Shown one piece after another: positions 11,685 to 22,500 of a DNA stretch of 32,000 nucleotides (position 1 is the first letter of the stretch; the number at the start of each line of letters is the position of its first letter). This stretch comes from Candidatus Saccharimonadota bacterium (lineage in GTDB: Bacteria; Patescibacteriota; Saccharimonadia; Saccharimonadales; UBA4665), in the NCBI GenBank assembly GCA_016700375.1, contig CP065016.1, forward strand, positions 180,001 through 212,000. Reading direction: 5' to 3'. A program made the translations under genes and the position numbers. The notes beneath the pieces were generated by a model, which worked only from the letters and a program-made list of their open reading frames with translations, made no database searches and had not been told where the DNA came from.

Positions 11685-13379
11685 ATGTATTTACAAACTG
11701 ATTATGCTATCATACCTTGCATAGACGAGAGGGCTTGGTATATGAGTAAAGTAGCACACTATTTGCAGGAACACTTGCTCGGGGAAGTAATGACGAGTGC
11801 TGATGCGCGGCGATATTTTGCGACCGACTGCAGCATATTTAGCATTGCACCCAGCGTCGTGGTCTATCCGCGGAACGAAAACGACGTCCGCAAAACAGCG
11901 CGCTTCACCTGGCAGCTTGCCGAACGTGGCCGGATTATTCCTATTACGCCACGTGGCTGGGGCACCGACCTCAGTGGCGGAGCAGTTGGTAGTGGTATTA
12001 TGTTGGTTTTTCCCGCACACATGAACCGCATAATCTCACTTGATCAAAAATCTGGCGTTGTAGTCGTAGAACCGGGTCTTAACTACGGTCGGCTCCAACA
12101 GACGCTTCAAACGCATGAACGCTTTTTGCCGCCCTACCCGGCAAGCATAGAATACAGCACCATCGGCGGTGCCGTTGGCAATAACGCTGCGGGAGAAAAG
12201 TCGGTAAAGTACGGGGTTACAAAAGATTATGTAAAGTCACTGCGTGTCGTTCTTGCAAATGGCGAGGTCATAGAAACTGGTAGAATTACAAAACGCGAGC
12301 TCAGTAAAAAACTTGGTTTAACGACGTTTGAAGGTGAAGTTTACCGTTCGCTCGACAAGCTTATAGAAGAAAATCGCGGCACTATAGACAAAACCGTGCG
12401 AGAAACTACCAAAAACACCGCTGGTTATAACATATTCGACGTAAAGCGAAGAGACGGCAGCTTTGACCTCACGCCACTATTGGTCGGCGCGCAGGGGACA
12501 CTTGGTGTCATTACAGAAATTACCTGCGAGACCGAAGCGCACAACCCTGAAACAGTTGTCTTTGCCGCTTATTTCGATAGTATTCAGGCTGCCTGTGATG
12601 CCACAGCTGCTCTCAAGGCGTTACCGAACATACCGAGCGCAATTGAGTTTGTGGACGGCAGGCTGCTCAACATCGTCAATCAGCTAAACCCAAATCAGCT
12701 CAAGAGCATACTGCCCGAGCAATTACCGAAGGCAGTGCTGATTGTAGAGCTAGACGATGCTAACGACCGGCGCCGAAAACGTAACGTCAAACGAATCCAC
12801 CAAATTTTTGAAAAAAATGCCCGTGATTACCGCGAAGCATCACGACCGTCCGAACAGTCCGAACTCTGGAAAATACGTCATGCCTCCGCAAACCTCTTGG
12901 CTTATAGCGAGGGCCAATCAAAAGCTATTCCTATTATAGAGGACGGTATCGTACCCCTAGATAAGCTAGCTGAGTTTGTCGAGTCTGTATACGCACTATT
13001 CGACACGCTAAAACTTGATGTGGCGCTATGGGGCCACGCAGGCGACGGAAACCTCCACGTGCAACCCTTCCTAGATATAAACCAGCTGGGAGATAAGCAA
13101 AAAGCCTTTAAGCTTATGGATGAATATTATGCCCTTGTTATTCGGCTTGGTGGTTCTACATCAGGACAGCACAACGACGGTAGAGTACGCGCGAATTACC
13201 TTCAAAAAATGTACGGCGAAGACGTCTATGCGCTATTTCAAAAAATCAAACAGGTATTTGACCCCTTTGGGCTGTTAAACCCCGGCGTGAAGCTTGCGTC
13301 CACAAACGAAGACATGCGAAGCTCGCTTCGTTCAAACTACTCACTAGACTACCTCTACAAACACATGCCTAGGAGCTGA
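11685..13379 (+). CDS. FAD-linked oxidase (GlcD / D-lactate dehydrogenase-like, FAD_binding_4 family)
   Basis: 564 aa. It has the FAD-binding PCMH-type pattern (PRGWGTDLSGGAVG...VVVEPGLNYGRLQ...SIGGAVGNNAAGEKSVKYG) and a C-terminal oxidase domain (HAGDGNLHV, NPGV). The likelier start is the ATG at 11742 (MSKVAHYLQEHL). Confidence 0.8.
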   Translation: MYLQTDYAIIPCIDERAWYMSKVAHYLQEHLLGEVMTSADARRYFATDCSIFSIAPSVVVYPRNENDVRKTARFTWQLAERGRIIPITPRGWGTDLSGGAVGSGIMLVFPAHMNRIISLDQKSGVVVVEPGLNYGRLQQTLQTHERFLPPYPASIEYSTIGGAVGNNAAGEKSVKYGVTKDYVKSLRVVLANGEVIETGRITKRELSKKLGLTTFEGEVYRSLDKLIEENRGTIDKTVRETTKNTAGYNIFDVKRRDGSFDLTPLLVGAQGTLGVITEITCETEAHNPETVVFAAYFDSIQAACDATAALKALPNIPSAIEFVDGRLLNIVNQLNPNQLKSILPEQLPKAVLIVELDDANDRRRKRNVKRIHQIFEKNARDYREASRPSEQSELWKIRHASANLLAYSEGQSKAIPIIEDGIVPLDKLAEFVESVYALFDTLKLDVALWGHAGDGNLHVQPFLDINQLGDKQKAFKLMDEYYALVIRLGGSTSGQHNDGRVRANYLQKMYGEDVYALFQKIKQVFDPFGLLNPGVKLASTNEDMRSSLRSNYSLDYLYKHMPRS

Positions 13380-13382
13380 GCT

Positions 13383-13700
13383 GTGCGGTGGGAATATATT
13401 GACTACATTGGTTTACTCGGAGGTGTTCTTTTGTTGTTTGCGTTTTGGCGTACTAGCACAGGGAGGTGGAAAGTGACCTCGGTGTGGTACGAGCTAGATA
13501 ACCTGTTGGCTTCAGTTTTGCTCATATTTTATACCTGGCAAAAACATGCCTATGTGAACATCCTTTTAAATGTAGTTTGGGGTATTGTGGCATTCCGTGG
13601 GCTTAGTTCTTATGCCGAGCGGCGAATGCTACGGAATAAGAATTTTAAGCGCGGCTACCAAAAAGGGAAACGTTTTATGAAACGCGTAAAGAAGTATTGA
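13383..13700 (+). CDS. small membrane protein with basic C-terminal tail
   Basis: 105 aa with a GTG start 3 nt after the oxidase stop. It has three hydrophobic helices followed by a Lys/Arg-rich tail. It resembles small CBU_0592-type membrane proteins, from memory only. Confidence 0.5.
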   Translation: MRWEYIDYIGLLGGVLLLFAFWRTSTGRWKVTSVWYELDNLLASVLLIFYTWQKHAYVNILLNVVWGIVAFRGLSSYAERRMLRNKNFKRGYQKGKRFMKRVKKY

Positions 13701-13747
13701 GTTTTATGCGAAAAACAGATACCATAGAGGACGTTCCTGTAAAACAA

Positions 13748-13832
13748 GCGGACGTGGCGGAATTGGTAGACGCGCTACTTTGAGGTGGTAGTCCTGCAAG
13801 GGGTGGAGGTTCAAGTCCTCTCGTCCGCACCA
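13748..13832 (+). tRNA. tRNA-Leu (anticodon GAG), type II, CCA encoded
   Basis: GCGGACG-TG-GCGGAATTGGTAGACGC-G-CTACT-TTGAGGT-GGTAG-(long variable arm)-GGAGGTTCAAGTCCTCT-CGTCCGC-A-CCA. Confidence 0.9.
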
Positions 13833-13843
13833 TGAGGAACCGT

Positions 13844-13920
13844 GGGTGATTAGCTCAGTTGGCTAGAGCATCTCGTTTACACCGAGAGGGTCGGGGGTTC
13901 GAGTCCCTCATCACCCACCA
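13844..13920 (+). tRNA. tRNA-Val (anticodon TAC), CCA encoded
   Basis: GGGTGAT-TA-GCTCAGTTGGCTAGAGC-A-TCTCG-TTTACAC-CGAGA-GGGTC-GGGGGTTCGAGTCCCTC-ATCACCC-A-CCA. Canonical 77-nt cloverleaf. Confidence 0.9.
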
Positions 13921-13959
13921 CAATGAATTCGAGGGTACTTTTGATATACTAGATACGAC

Positions 13960-14622
13960 ATGGGGAAACTCCAACCGACAAAACCGCTTTTAATTATGCT
14001 CTACGGTATGCCCGGTTCGGGTAAGACCTTTTTTTCTCGACAACTCTGCGAACAAATTTCTGCAGCACATGTCCAAGGCGACCGTATTCGCGATGAACTG
14101 TTTGAGAAACCAACCTACAGCAAAGAAGAAAACCACATAGTCGCCAGTCTTATGGCATACATGACCGGTGAGTTCCTGCAGGCTGGCATAAGTGTGGTGT
14201 TCGACACAAACGCTATGCGCATGACCCAGCGCAGGGCCCTCCGCAACCTCGCAATCAAATCTGGAGCGCATCCGATTTTGCTCTGGCTTCAGATTGACCC
14301 AGACTCCGCCTTCAAGCGTTCCAGCCGCCGTGACCGCCGCAAACACGACGACCACTATGCGCAAGATATGGAGCCGGGCACCTTTAGGGAGTTGCTTGGC
14401 GGCATGCAAAACCCTGAAATAACAGAAAACTACCTTGTTTTAAGCGGCAAGCACGTCTTTAATACGCAAAAAAATGCCGTTATTCGCTACCTAGTGGAAA
14501 AAAGGCTTATTACCCTCGACGCATCTACCCAGCAGCTTGGCAAACCAGGCTTAGTGAACATTGTGCCCAACCCTGCCGCTGGTCGTGTTGACCTATCTCG
14601 GCGAAATATCAGTATTCAGTAG
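13960..14622 (+). CDS. P-loop NTPase, AAA_33/kinase-like ATP-binding protein
   Basis: 220 aa. Walker A GMPGSGKTF is near the N-terminus and a hydrophobic strand plus Asp (ISVVFDTN) is Walker B-like. The substrate is unknown. Confidence 0.65.
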   Translation: MGKLQPTKPLLIMLYGMPGSGKTFFSRQLCEQISAAHVQGDRIRDELFEKPTYSKEENHIVASLMAYMTGEFLQAGISVVFDTNAMRMTQRRALRNLAIKSGAHPILLWLQIDPDSAFKRSSRRDRRKHDDHYAQDMEPGTFRELLGGMQNPEITENYLVLSGKHVFNTQKNAVIRYLVEKRLITLDASTQQLGKPGLVNIVPNPAAGRVDLSRRNISIQ

Positions 14623-14624
14623 TC

Positions 14625-15368
14625 ATGTCAGTTAAAATTATCGACGTACCGGGAATAGGACCGGTTCGTTTCGTAAAGAGTGCCCGTAGCCGCAGTATCC
14701 GGCTAAGCGTGACGACTACGGGTGTGCGCGTTTCGCTGCCACGCTGGACACCGTACGGTGTTGCAGTTACGTTTGCGGCGCGCCATACCGGGTGGATAGA
14801 AAGTGAGCGAGCGAAACAAACACGACATATCCTCAAAGAGGGAGATAAGATTGGGAAGCTGCATCTGCTTCATTTTGAAGTAGTACATGAACGAAGTGAA
14901 ACCCGTACCCGAGTAACACCTACGAAACTCGTAGTTTCTCTAAAACCAAGTGAAAACAGCTCCGACGCCACTGTCCAGAACAGAGCCGAAACAGCCGCAC
15001 TGCGTGCACTTAAAAAAGAAGCATCGGTACTGCTGCCGCCCCGCCTGAAGTCACTAGCAGAAAAGCACGGGTTGCCGTACAAAAGCGTCGGGGTAAAAAA
15101 TCTAAAACGTCGCTGGGGGAGCTGTGACACCTATGGGAACATTACGCTAAACCTGTTTCTCATGCAACTGAGCTGGCAGCAGATTGATTACGTGCTTTGC
15201 CATGAGCTTTCCCATACGAAACACATGAACCACGGGGCTAACTTCTGGGCAGAGCTAGAGCGAATGTTACCTGACGCCCGAATGATTGCCAAACGCGTAC
15301 GTCATATTCAGCCAGCCTTAGCTCCCACGAAATCCGCTACTGCTTTTGAGGACGATATGGCATACTAA
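14625..15368 (+). CDS. YgjP-like (DUF45) / M48-type HExxH metallopeptidase
   Basis: 247 aa. It has the motif series RWGSC...ITLN...L and then CHELSHTKHMNHGANFW (HExxH plus a downstream His), typical of the DUF45/SprT-like family. Confidence 0.7.
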   Translation: MSVKIIDVPGIGPVRFVKSARSRSIRLSVTTTGVRVSLPRWTPYGVAVTFAARHTGWIESERAKQTRHILKEGDKIGKLHLLHFEVVHERSETRTRVTPTKLVVSLKPSENSSDATVQNRAETAALRALKKEASVLLPPRLKSLAEKHGLPYKSVGVKNLKRRWGSCDTYGNITLNLFLMQLSWQQIDYVLCHELSHTKHMNHGANFWAELERMLPDARMIAKRVRHIQPALAPTKSATAFEDDMAY

Positions 15369-15373
15369 AGCAT

Positions 15374-16477
15374 ATGAGTGGGAAACAAAACACAAAAGCG
15401 CTGACGGAAGCGGCGGTAGAACACGAACGGCTCCAAAGTCTTATTGGCAGTATGGCGGACGGTGTTATTGCCGTAGACGATGACATAAAAGTTGTTCTTT
15501 ACAACGGTGCAGCTCTAAACATACTTGACACAAACGGCAGCATAAAAAACCGCACACTGAAGCGGCTACTGCAGCTATACGACAAAAATGGCCAGCTCGT
15601 AGACGTCGAAAAACTGGTACGAGCCGCCGAACGCGCAACAAGCAACCGCGACCTTTTGCTTCACTACGACGATGGTAGCCGAATAAACGTATACCTCTCA
15701 ATAGCACCAGTTCACTTGGGCTACGGCGAATCGGGCGACCGCGGCTATGTACTACTACTCCGTGACATCACGCATGAAAAATCACTCGAAGAAGAACGCG
15801 ATGAGTTCATTTCAGTCGTAAGCCACGAACTACGAACGCCTATAGCAATCGCCGAGGGTAATGTCAGCAACACCCAGTTCATAATAAAAAAATCCGGCGG
15901 CGACCCTGCAATTCTGGAGGCGCTTCAGCAGGCCCATGAGCAAATTGTCTTTTTGGCAAACATGGTAAACGACCTCTCCACCTTGAGTCGTGCTGAGCGC
16001 GGTAAGCTAACATTGGAAATTTCAAGCTTTAATGCACACCAGCTAGTTGCGAGTCTTGTTGATACGTACCAGCATGATGCGCAGGCAAAAGGATTATCGC
16101 TTCGCGCAGACATTAGTCCGCACCTTGAAACGCTTTCATCGAGCGAACTATACGTCAGGGAAATCCTACAAAACTTCATTACAAATGCCATAAAATATAC
16201 TGAAAAGGGCAGTGTTATTGTAGGCGCGAAGCCAAAGGGCGAGGGTATTGTGTTTACCATATCTGACACCGGCATAGGAATAAGCAAGGCCGACCAAGAA
16301 CGCGTGTTTGACAAATTCTTCCGTAGCGAAGACTTTCGAACCCGCGCTACCAATGGTACAGGTCTTGGCCTGTACGTTACTATGAAGCTGGCTCGGCTCA
16401 TTCACGCCGACATATCACTTCAGAGCGAACTAAACCGTGGCTCTACGTTCAGCATCTTTGTCCCAAACGTACACTAG
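15374..16477 (+). CDS. soluble sensor histidine kinase (PAS + HisKA + HATPase_c)
   Basis: 367 aa with no TM helix. It has a PAS-like N-terminus (SMADGVIAVDDDIKVVLYNGAA), the H-box SHELRTPI, an N-box (NFITNAIKYT), G1 (DTGIGI) and G2 (GTGLGL). No response regulator is present in the window. Confidence 0.85.
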   Translation: MSGKQNTKALTEAAVEHERLQSLIGSMADGVIAVDDDIKVVLYNGAALNILDTNGSIKNRTLKRLLQLYDKNGQLVDVEKLVRAAERATSNRDLLLHYDDGSRINVYLSIAPVHLGYGESGDRGYVLLLRDITHEKSLEEERDEFISVVSHELRTPIAIAEGNVSNTQFIIKKSGGDPAILEALQQAHEQIVFLANMVNDLSTLSRAERGKLTLEISSFNAHQLVASLVDTYQHDAQAKGLSLRADISPHLETLSSSELYVREILQNFITNAIKYTEKGSVIVGAKPKGEGIVFTISDTGIGISKADQERVFDKFFRSEDFRTRATNGTGLGLYVTMKLARLIHADISLQSELNRGSTFSIFVPNVH

Positions 16478-16523
16478 TTAATGTGATGTTTCTCACATCT
16501 CAGCAGTTTCTCATGAAAATTAC

Positions 16524-16598
16524 TTGCAGCTTTGCGTAGCCCAGCAGTATAGTGAACAAAGAACACGGGTTCGAGGTAGGTATATAACCAAATGGAGG
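16524..16598 (+). promoter_or_regulatory. candidate sigma70-like promoter and Shine-Dalgarno for the rhs gene
   Basis: TTGCAG (16524-16529), an 18-nt spacer, then TATAGT (16548-16553). GGAGG at 16594-16598 lies 5 nt upstream of the ATG at 16604. This is pattern matching only. Confidence 0.3.
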
Positions 16599-19500
16599 CA
16601 ACCATGCACGTACTTCGGTATTTTCGCCCAACAAACCAAAATGAAGTGAAAGCACGGTTTCGAACACCTCTCTCTACCCGCATAATAGCGGCTTTCTTCT
16701 GTCTGTCATTTGTAACGAGTACCTTTATTTCGACAGCGCCAGTCTCTGCCCTATTTGGTATAGGAAGCGATAAAAAACCACGACCGCTCGCTGTTGCAGA
16801 GCAGGGATATATTGACCCGAGCGGAGCCACCGGCCAGGGCACAACTCTTGGCGGCCCAGAGCCGGGCAAACTGCAACAAAAACAGCCACGCAAAGAAGTA
16901 GTTTCCAAACGAACCGCAAGCACCAAGACGTTTGATAACGGAGACGGCACAGCCGAGGTACGCAACTACATGGGCCGGGGGCACTACAAAAGCGGCAACA
17001 ATTGGAAGGACATAGACACCTCCTTGGTGGTAGACACCAACGCGGCAGACAGCTCGAACATACTTGGCGAGGCGCTTTCTTGGGTAAAAGGTAAAACCCA
17101 AGACCTGTCCACGTACAAGGTTGCGGGAAATGACTGGCAAGCCCGGTTTGCCCCCAGTGATGATGCCGTTGGTATGGTGCGTATAGAGGCGGACGGCGTG
17201 AAACTCGTCCTCAGTCCCATGGCTGCCACCCCGGGGGTCACACCCACCATCAAGACTATGCCTGATGGTACCGAAACGGTAACGTACATAAACCTTTGGC
17301 CCGAGACAGACGTTATATACACCGTAAAGAATGACATGCTTAAAGAAGACATTCTGGTCAAAAGCCGCAGCGCCGCGACGAGCTACCGTTTTAAGGTGGC
17401 AGGAGCAAAACTTACCGTTACAAGCGATGGCAGTGTAGCAATCGGGAAAACTAAGCAGACGCTTTCTGCGCTTACTATGGCAACCAGCGCAAGGGGTGTT
17501 ATAGAAAATAGCGGTGTAAAACAATCGGTAAACGGCGACATGTTGACAATATCTTTCGATAAATCTTGGATGAAGTCGCTGAAAGCTAATGATTTTCCCC
17601 TTATAATCGACCCTAGCTGGGGAAGGGGTACCTCAACAGTCAGTTGGAATTACTATGCATACAAGTCGGACGGCACGATTTGCTATTCAAACTCGTGCTT
17701 TATGAATGCAGGCTACCTCTATGACAGAGGCTGGAAGGGCTGGCGAAGTGCGTTTAGGATCGACTTTAATGTTTTGCAGGGCAAACAACTGCTTGATGCG
17801 TACATGCATCTCCACAAATCGCAAAGGAGCTTCTGGACAGGCACAACCGAAGGGCTCTATACCGAGCTTTCACATGCTAACTGTTTAAGCTACAACTGTA
17901 TAGATTATGGTTCTCCAAGGCATAGCGCATGGTTTGGCACCGATGGAGATATAAACTTCACTGCCCTAATGCAAAGTAGAATGAATATTGGCGACTGGGG
18001 TGCTTGGTTCATGCTTAACGGGGAAGAACGTGCCTATACAACGTACAAAGGCTGGGATGCAGACAACTCATATTTTGTGCTCAGCTATAACAGTGGCCCA
18101 GGAATGACGACACCGGTAAGTCCTGCAGACAAACAGGTTGTCGTCACCGACCAACCGCTATTGCAAGTTAACGCCGTCGGTGACCCCGATGGCGATGCGC
18201 CGCAGTACTACTACCGAATCGCAACGAATCCAGATGCCGAAACAGGCAGCGTCATCAACTCTGGTTGGTTACCTGGGCAAACCAGCTTCACCATTCCGGA
18301 AGGAAGGTTACAAGATGGCGTGACGTACTACTGGCACGTCTACACTTGGGACGGCTTTTGGCAAACCAACCCAAACTGGGTGCGCTCGTTCAAATACGAT
18401 GCTCGTCTCGGCAATGATAATACCTCAACACTTGATGATGGCGGGCCGGTAGACGTTAACCTTGCGACCGGTAATGTCACAACCAGCACCGGTTCTCATA
18501 CAACCAGCGCGCTAGGCGGCAGTATCGGCCTCAGCATGACATACAATTCCCCGTACCGGGCAAAATCTGGCTTGTGGTCAACGTACTACAACAATATGTC
18601 ATTCAGCGGCAACCCTGTACTGCAACGGCTTGAAAATGGTTTTAATTTTCCCTGGGGTACTTCTTCGCCCGCGCCGGGTGTAGTGAGCGCAGACGGCTTT
18701 AGTGCAAGATACGCTGGCTACTTTATCGCTCCAAAAACAGCATCCTATGCGTTTGGCTTTACTGCAGACGACAACTACTCTCTGTACCTAAACAATGAAA
18801 CAACCCCAGCCACAACTTCTGGTTGTTGTGCGCAGGGAAATTGGACGATGACTCCCCGTACGTTCACTGAGGGACAAGTTGTCCCATTCCGTTTGGATTA
18901 TTCTGAAGCAGGAGGACCCGGATATCTTCATTACGCCGTGCGGATAGACGGCGTCGAGCAGCAGATCCAACCGCAGTGGATGAAAACAGACCCGCGGCCG
19001 CTCCAAATTTCGAACGGGCTATCTGGCAAATACTACTATGACTCTGGCAGCCACAACTTCCCGAATGATGAATTCAGCTCTTTCCTGCAACGCCGTGAAA
19101 CAAATATGTATTTCAACTGGGGAGAGGGCTCTCCGTTGGCATATGGTCCCACAAATCAGTTCATGGCAAGGTATAGTGGTTTCTTCACGGCACCGGTCGC
19201 TGGCTCATATTATTTTGGTTCAGCGGGTGATGATGGAACACGAATTTTTATCCGTGGCGAAAACACCCCATATCAAAATGACTGGTCCGATCATGGTTGG
19301 CGATTGTCCTATGGTGGAGAAGTACGATTAGAAAAGGGGCAAAGTATCCCAATTACGGCTGATTATTATGAAAATGGTGGCGGGGCCGCTTTTGGATTGT
19401 ACGTAAAAGGAGCGGTTGCCGAGCAAATCATCCCAGCAGCCTGGCTCAGCACAAAGGTAAATCCGCTACCAGAGGGGTGGCAGCTGAGTGTCGATGCCGA

Positions 19501-22500
19501 TGGAGATTTAGCATACGACTATGCTTCTATACAGGCGCAAAGTGTCATTCTGTACGATAGCGAGGGCGACCAGCATGAGTATAAATGGACAGGTAGCAGC
19601 TACGCACCAGCTGCGAATGAGTATGGCGTGCTGACGCGCAATGCCGACGGCACTCTCACGCTTATAGACGCAGACGGCAAGACGTACACGTTTGACAGCG
19701 GTGGGCGCATAACTTCTGTTACGACACCTACCGACGACCGCAAACCGGCGGCGCTGAAATACCGCTATGGCACCTCACATGACCCGGTACAAAACCGCTA
19801 CATAACCCGTTTACTGGAAATAACAGATGGAGTGGACGCAAACCGCTGGGGTAAACTGTTCTATTCTGGCGACACGCAGTGTGGCGCTACCCCGAGCGGC
19901 TATCAGGAGGCACCCGCGAACATGCTCTGCGCCTTCGAAACAAACGATGGCAGGCGCACCGTATTTGCGTACCTAAACGGCCAATTAGCCCGCGTTATTG
20001 CAAACGGCGGAGAAACGGCTACATATGGATACTCAGACTCGTGTGCCCCGAGAGGCCTCAGCTGCGTAATGATGAGCAGCCAGCAGACACCACTCGCCTA
20101 CGACGCCATTAGTGCAGGTGTTCGCGCAGATAACCCAAGCGTAAATAGTGAACTATCTTACGACATCATCGGCCGTGCTCAGGACATCACACTACCGGCC
20201 CCCACCGAAAATGCGTTTCGCGCAAAACATCAGTACAAGTACTTGAACAGCGCTACGCAGACGAAAGAAGTGGGCGAAACTGAACCTATGGGTTATAGCC
20301 AGCGCGTGGAATACGATAGTCTCTACAGAACAACAAAAGCCTACGATAAAACCGGGAAATCCACCATACAGGAGTGGGATGCCGTAAAGGATCTTTTGTA
20401 CAGTGCTACCGATGCAACTGGGCTTAAATCTACCACCATCTACGACCCGAACGACATGCCCGTGGAGTCCTATGGCCCCGCACCAAGCACGTGGTTTGGC
20501 GCAGATAGAAAGCCAACCGCTGCATATCTTTCTCAGGTACCGAGAACTGCTACATCATACGATGAAGGCATGAGTGGGCTGGCAGTGACACTCTATAAAC
20601 CCAAAACGCTTACGGGAGCACCTGTGCTGCACGCTACTCGGTTTAACAATACCCCGTATGCTTCGTTTGGATTTTCTCCAACTGAAGGACCTACCACTCC
20701 ACGCACAAGTGAATATAGCTACACCGCAACTGGAAAAATTCGTATGCAGTATGCTGGAACATACAGCTTTAGAATATGGCATGACGATGGCGTACGCCTG
20801 TATATAGACGACAAGCTCGTCATTAACGATTGGGTAGACGGGGCAGACCGTTATTCTGCTGGCACATTTGTAAATAGTGCTGATAGCTACAAACGCATTC
20901 GCATTGAGTCTTATCATGTTGACAATGGCGCACCCCAAACCATGATTACCCAGCTCTTCTTGGCTACGCCGGGAGGAAGCGAAACCGCAGACGTATCGCC
21001 ATATCTAAAACCCGACTACGGCCTTCAGACGAGTCAGACGGTATATGGGGCTCCTACTGCGACCGGGCAGACTGCGACGCTTACCAGCCGAACCAACTAT
21101 GGCAACAACCCAGAACTTGGGTTAGTAAAGTCGGTCACAACCGATGCCGACGGCCCCCTGAAGCTCGCGGCAACAAGCAATTACGAAGACCTCGCAACCC
21201 TTACCAGCCCAGACAAGTATCTTCGGCAAACAAATAGTAGCCTGCCTGGTGGCGCAACGACCCGGTACGAATACTATGACACCATCAAAAAAGATGCCCA
21301 AGGAAATTACCTGAAAGATGCGGCCGGAAATTGGGCAGCAGCCGACCCCCTTCCGAACCCGTGCGACACTACCAAATCTTACCGCCAGGGCGGCATGCTG
21401 CGGTTAAAGACCGAACCCGACCCAGACGGCAGCGGACCGCAGACTGGCCGGACGGTTGAAACGGTTTACGACGATGCCGGGAAGGTGGTAGCTACCCGCT
21501 ACAATCAAGACGATTGGACGTGCACCACCTACGACACCCGCGAGCGGGTACTCACTACAACCGTACCAGCGTACAACGGTAAACCCGCCAGAACTATCGT
21601 GAATGACTATGCCGTCGGCGGAAACCCGCTCATCACTGGCAGCGGCGACGGCTCCGGTAACATCACTATAGAAACTGACCTGCTCGGCCGAAACGTGAAA
21701 TACACCGATGCAAAAGGCAATGTCACCACCAGCAGCTACGATACCAAGGGTAGGCTGACGCAACGTGTCAGCAAACTCGGCACCGAAGACTACCTGTACG
21801 ACGACTACGACAGGCTAACGGCACAAAAGCTCGACGGAGCCACCTTTGCGAGCATCGCGTACGACGAATTTAGTCGTGTCACGAGCGTGCAATACCCAGC
21901 CGGTCAACGGCTTGACCTTACTCGCGAGAGCACTTCCGCTGGCCTTGGTCGGCTCGTTAAACGCACCTACAACCTTGCCAACGACACGACACTCAGCGAT
22001 GAAGTGAGCCGTGCGGTTACCGGCGATGTGGTGAGTGGCACCGAACTGGGTCAGCCCAAATCCTACAGCTACGACACCGCCGGCAGGCTCGTGGCAGCTA
22101 CCGTAGCTGGCAATACCTTTACTTATGGTTATGGCTCCCAAGACGCAAGCTGCGCCGGTAAACCTGGTGTTGCCACAGACCTATCCCTGGCTGGCAAAGA
22201 TTCAAACAGGACGAGTCAAACGGTCAATGGCGTGAACACTACCTACTGCTACGACCAAGCAGACAGGCTGGTAGCCAGCAGCAATGCTCTCTATGACACT
22301 CCCGAGTACGACAGCCATGGCAATACCACTCGCCTTGGTTCTGGCGACACCACCACCAACTTCACCTACGACAGTAGCGACCGCAACACTGGCATCACCG
22401 AAACGAATGCCTCCGGGAGCATCACCACCACCTACGGACGTGATGTTCAGGGCAGGTTACTTTACCGACATCAGGACACCAACGGAACGAATGTAAGTAA

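Noticed and set aside
13960-16477. P-loop kinase-like + DUF45 metallopeptidase + PAS histidine kinase as a functional module, or as a regulator of the adjacent rhs locus
   Set aside because: The three genes are tightly packed and co-oriented. However, there is no response regulator, no known association among these families that I can cite, and no shared motifs with the rhs promoter region. This is adjacency only.
16474-17524. Antisense ORFs 16474..16965, 16751..17524 and 16984..17361 on the minus strand over the rhs 5' region
   Set aside because: They lie entirely antisense to a 2,282-aa ORF with clear domain content. Their translations are low-complexity and Arg/Cys-rich. Other long antisense ORFs are rejected for the same reason (4448..4930, 13990..14409, 15925..16401, 20555..20938, 21404..21763, 21815..22141).
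22284-22496. Identical 70-aa ORFs at 22284..22496 and 26431..26643 (and the minus-strand pair 22513..22701 / 26660..26848, with a relative at 30933..31133)
   Set aside because: They are alternative-frame read-outs of the duplicated Rhs core, not conserved small genes. Their identity simply reflects the nucleotide repeat.
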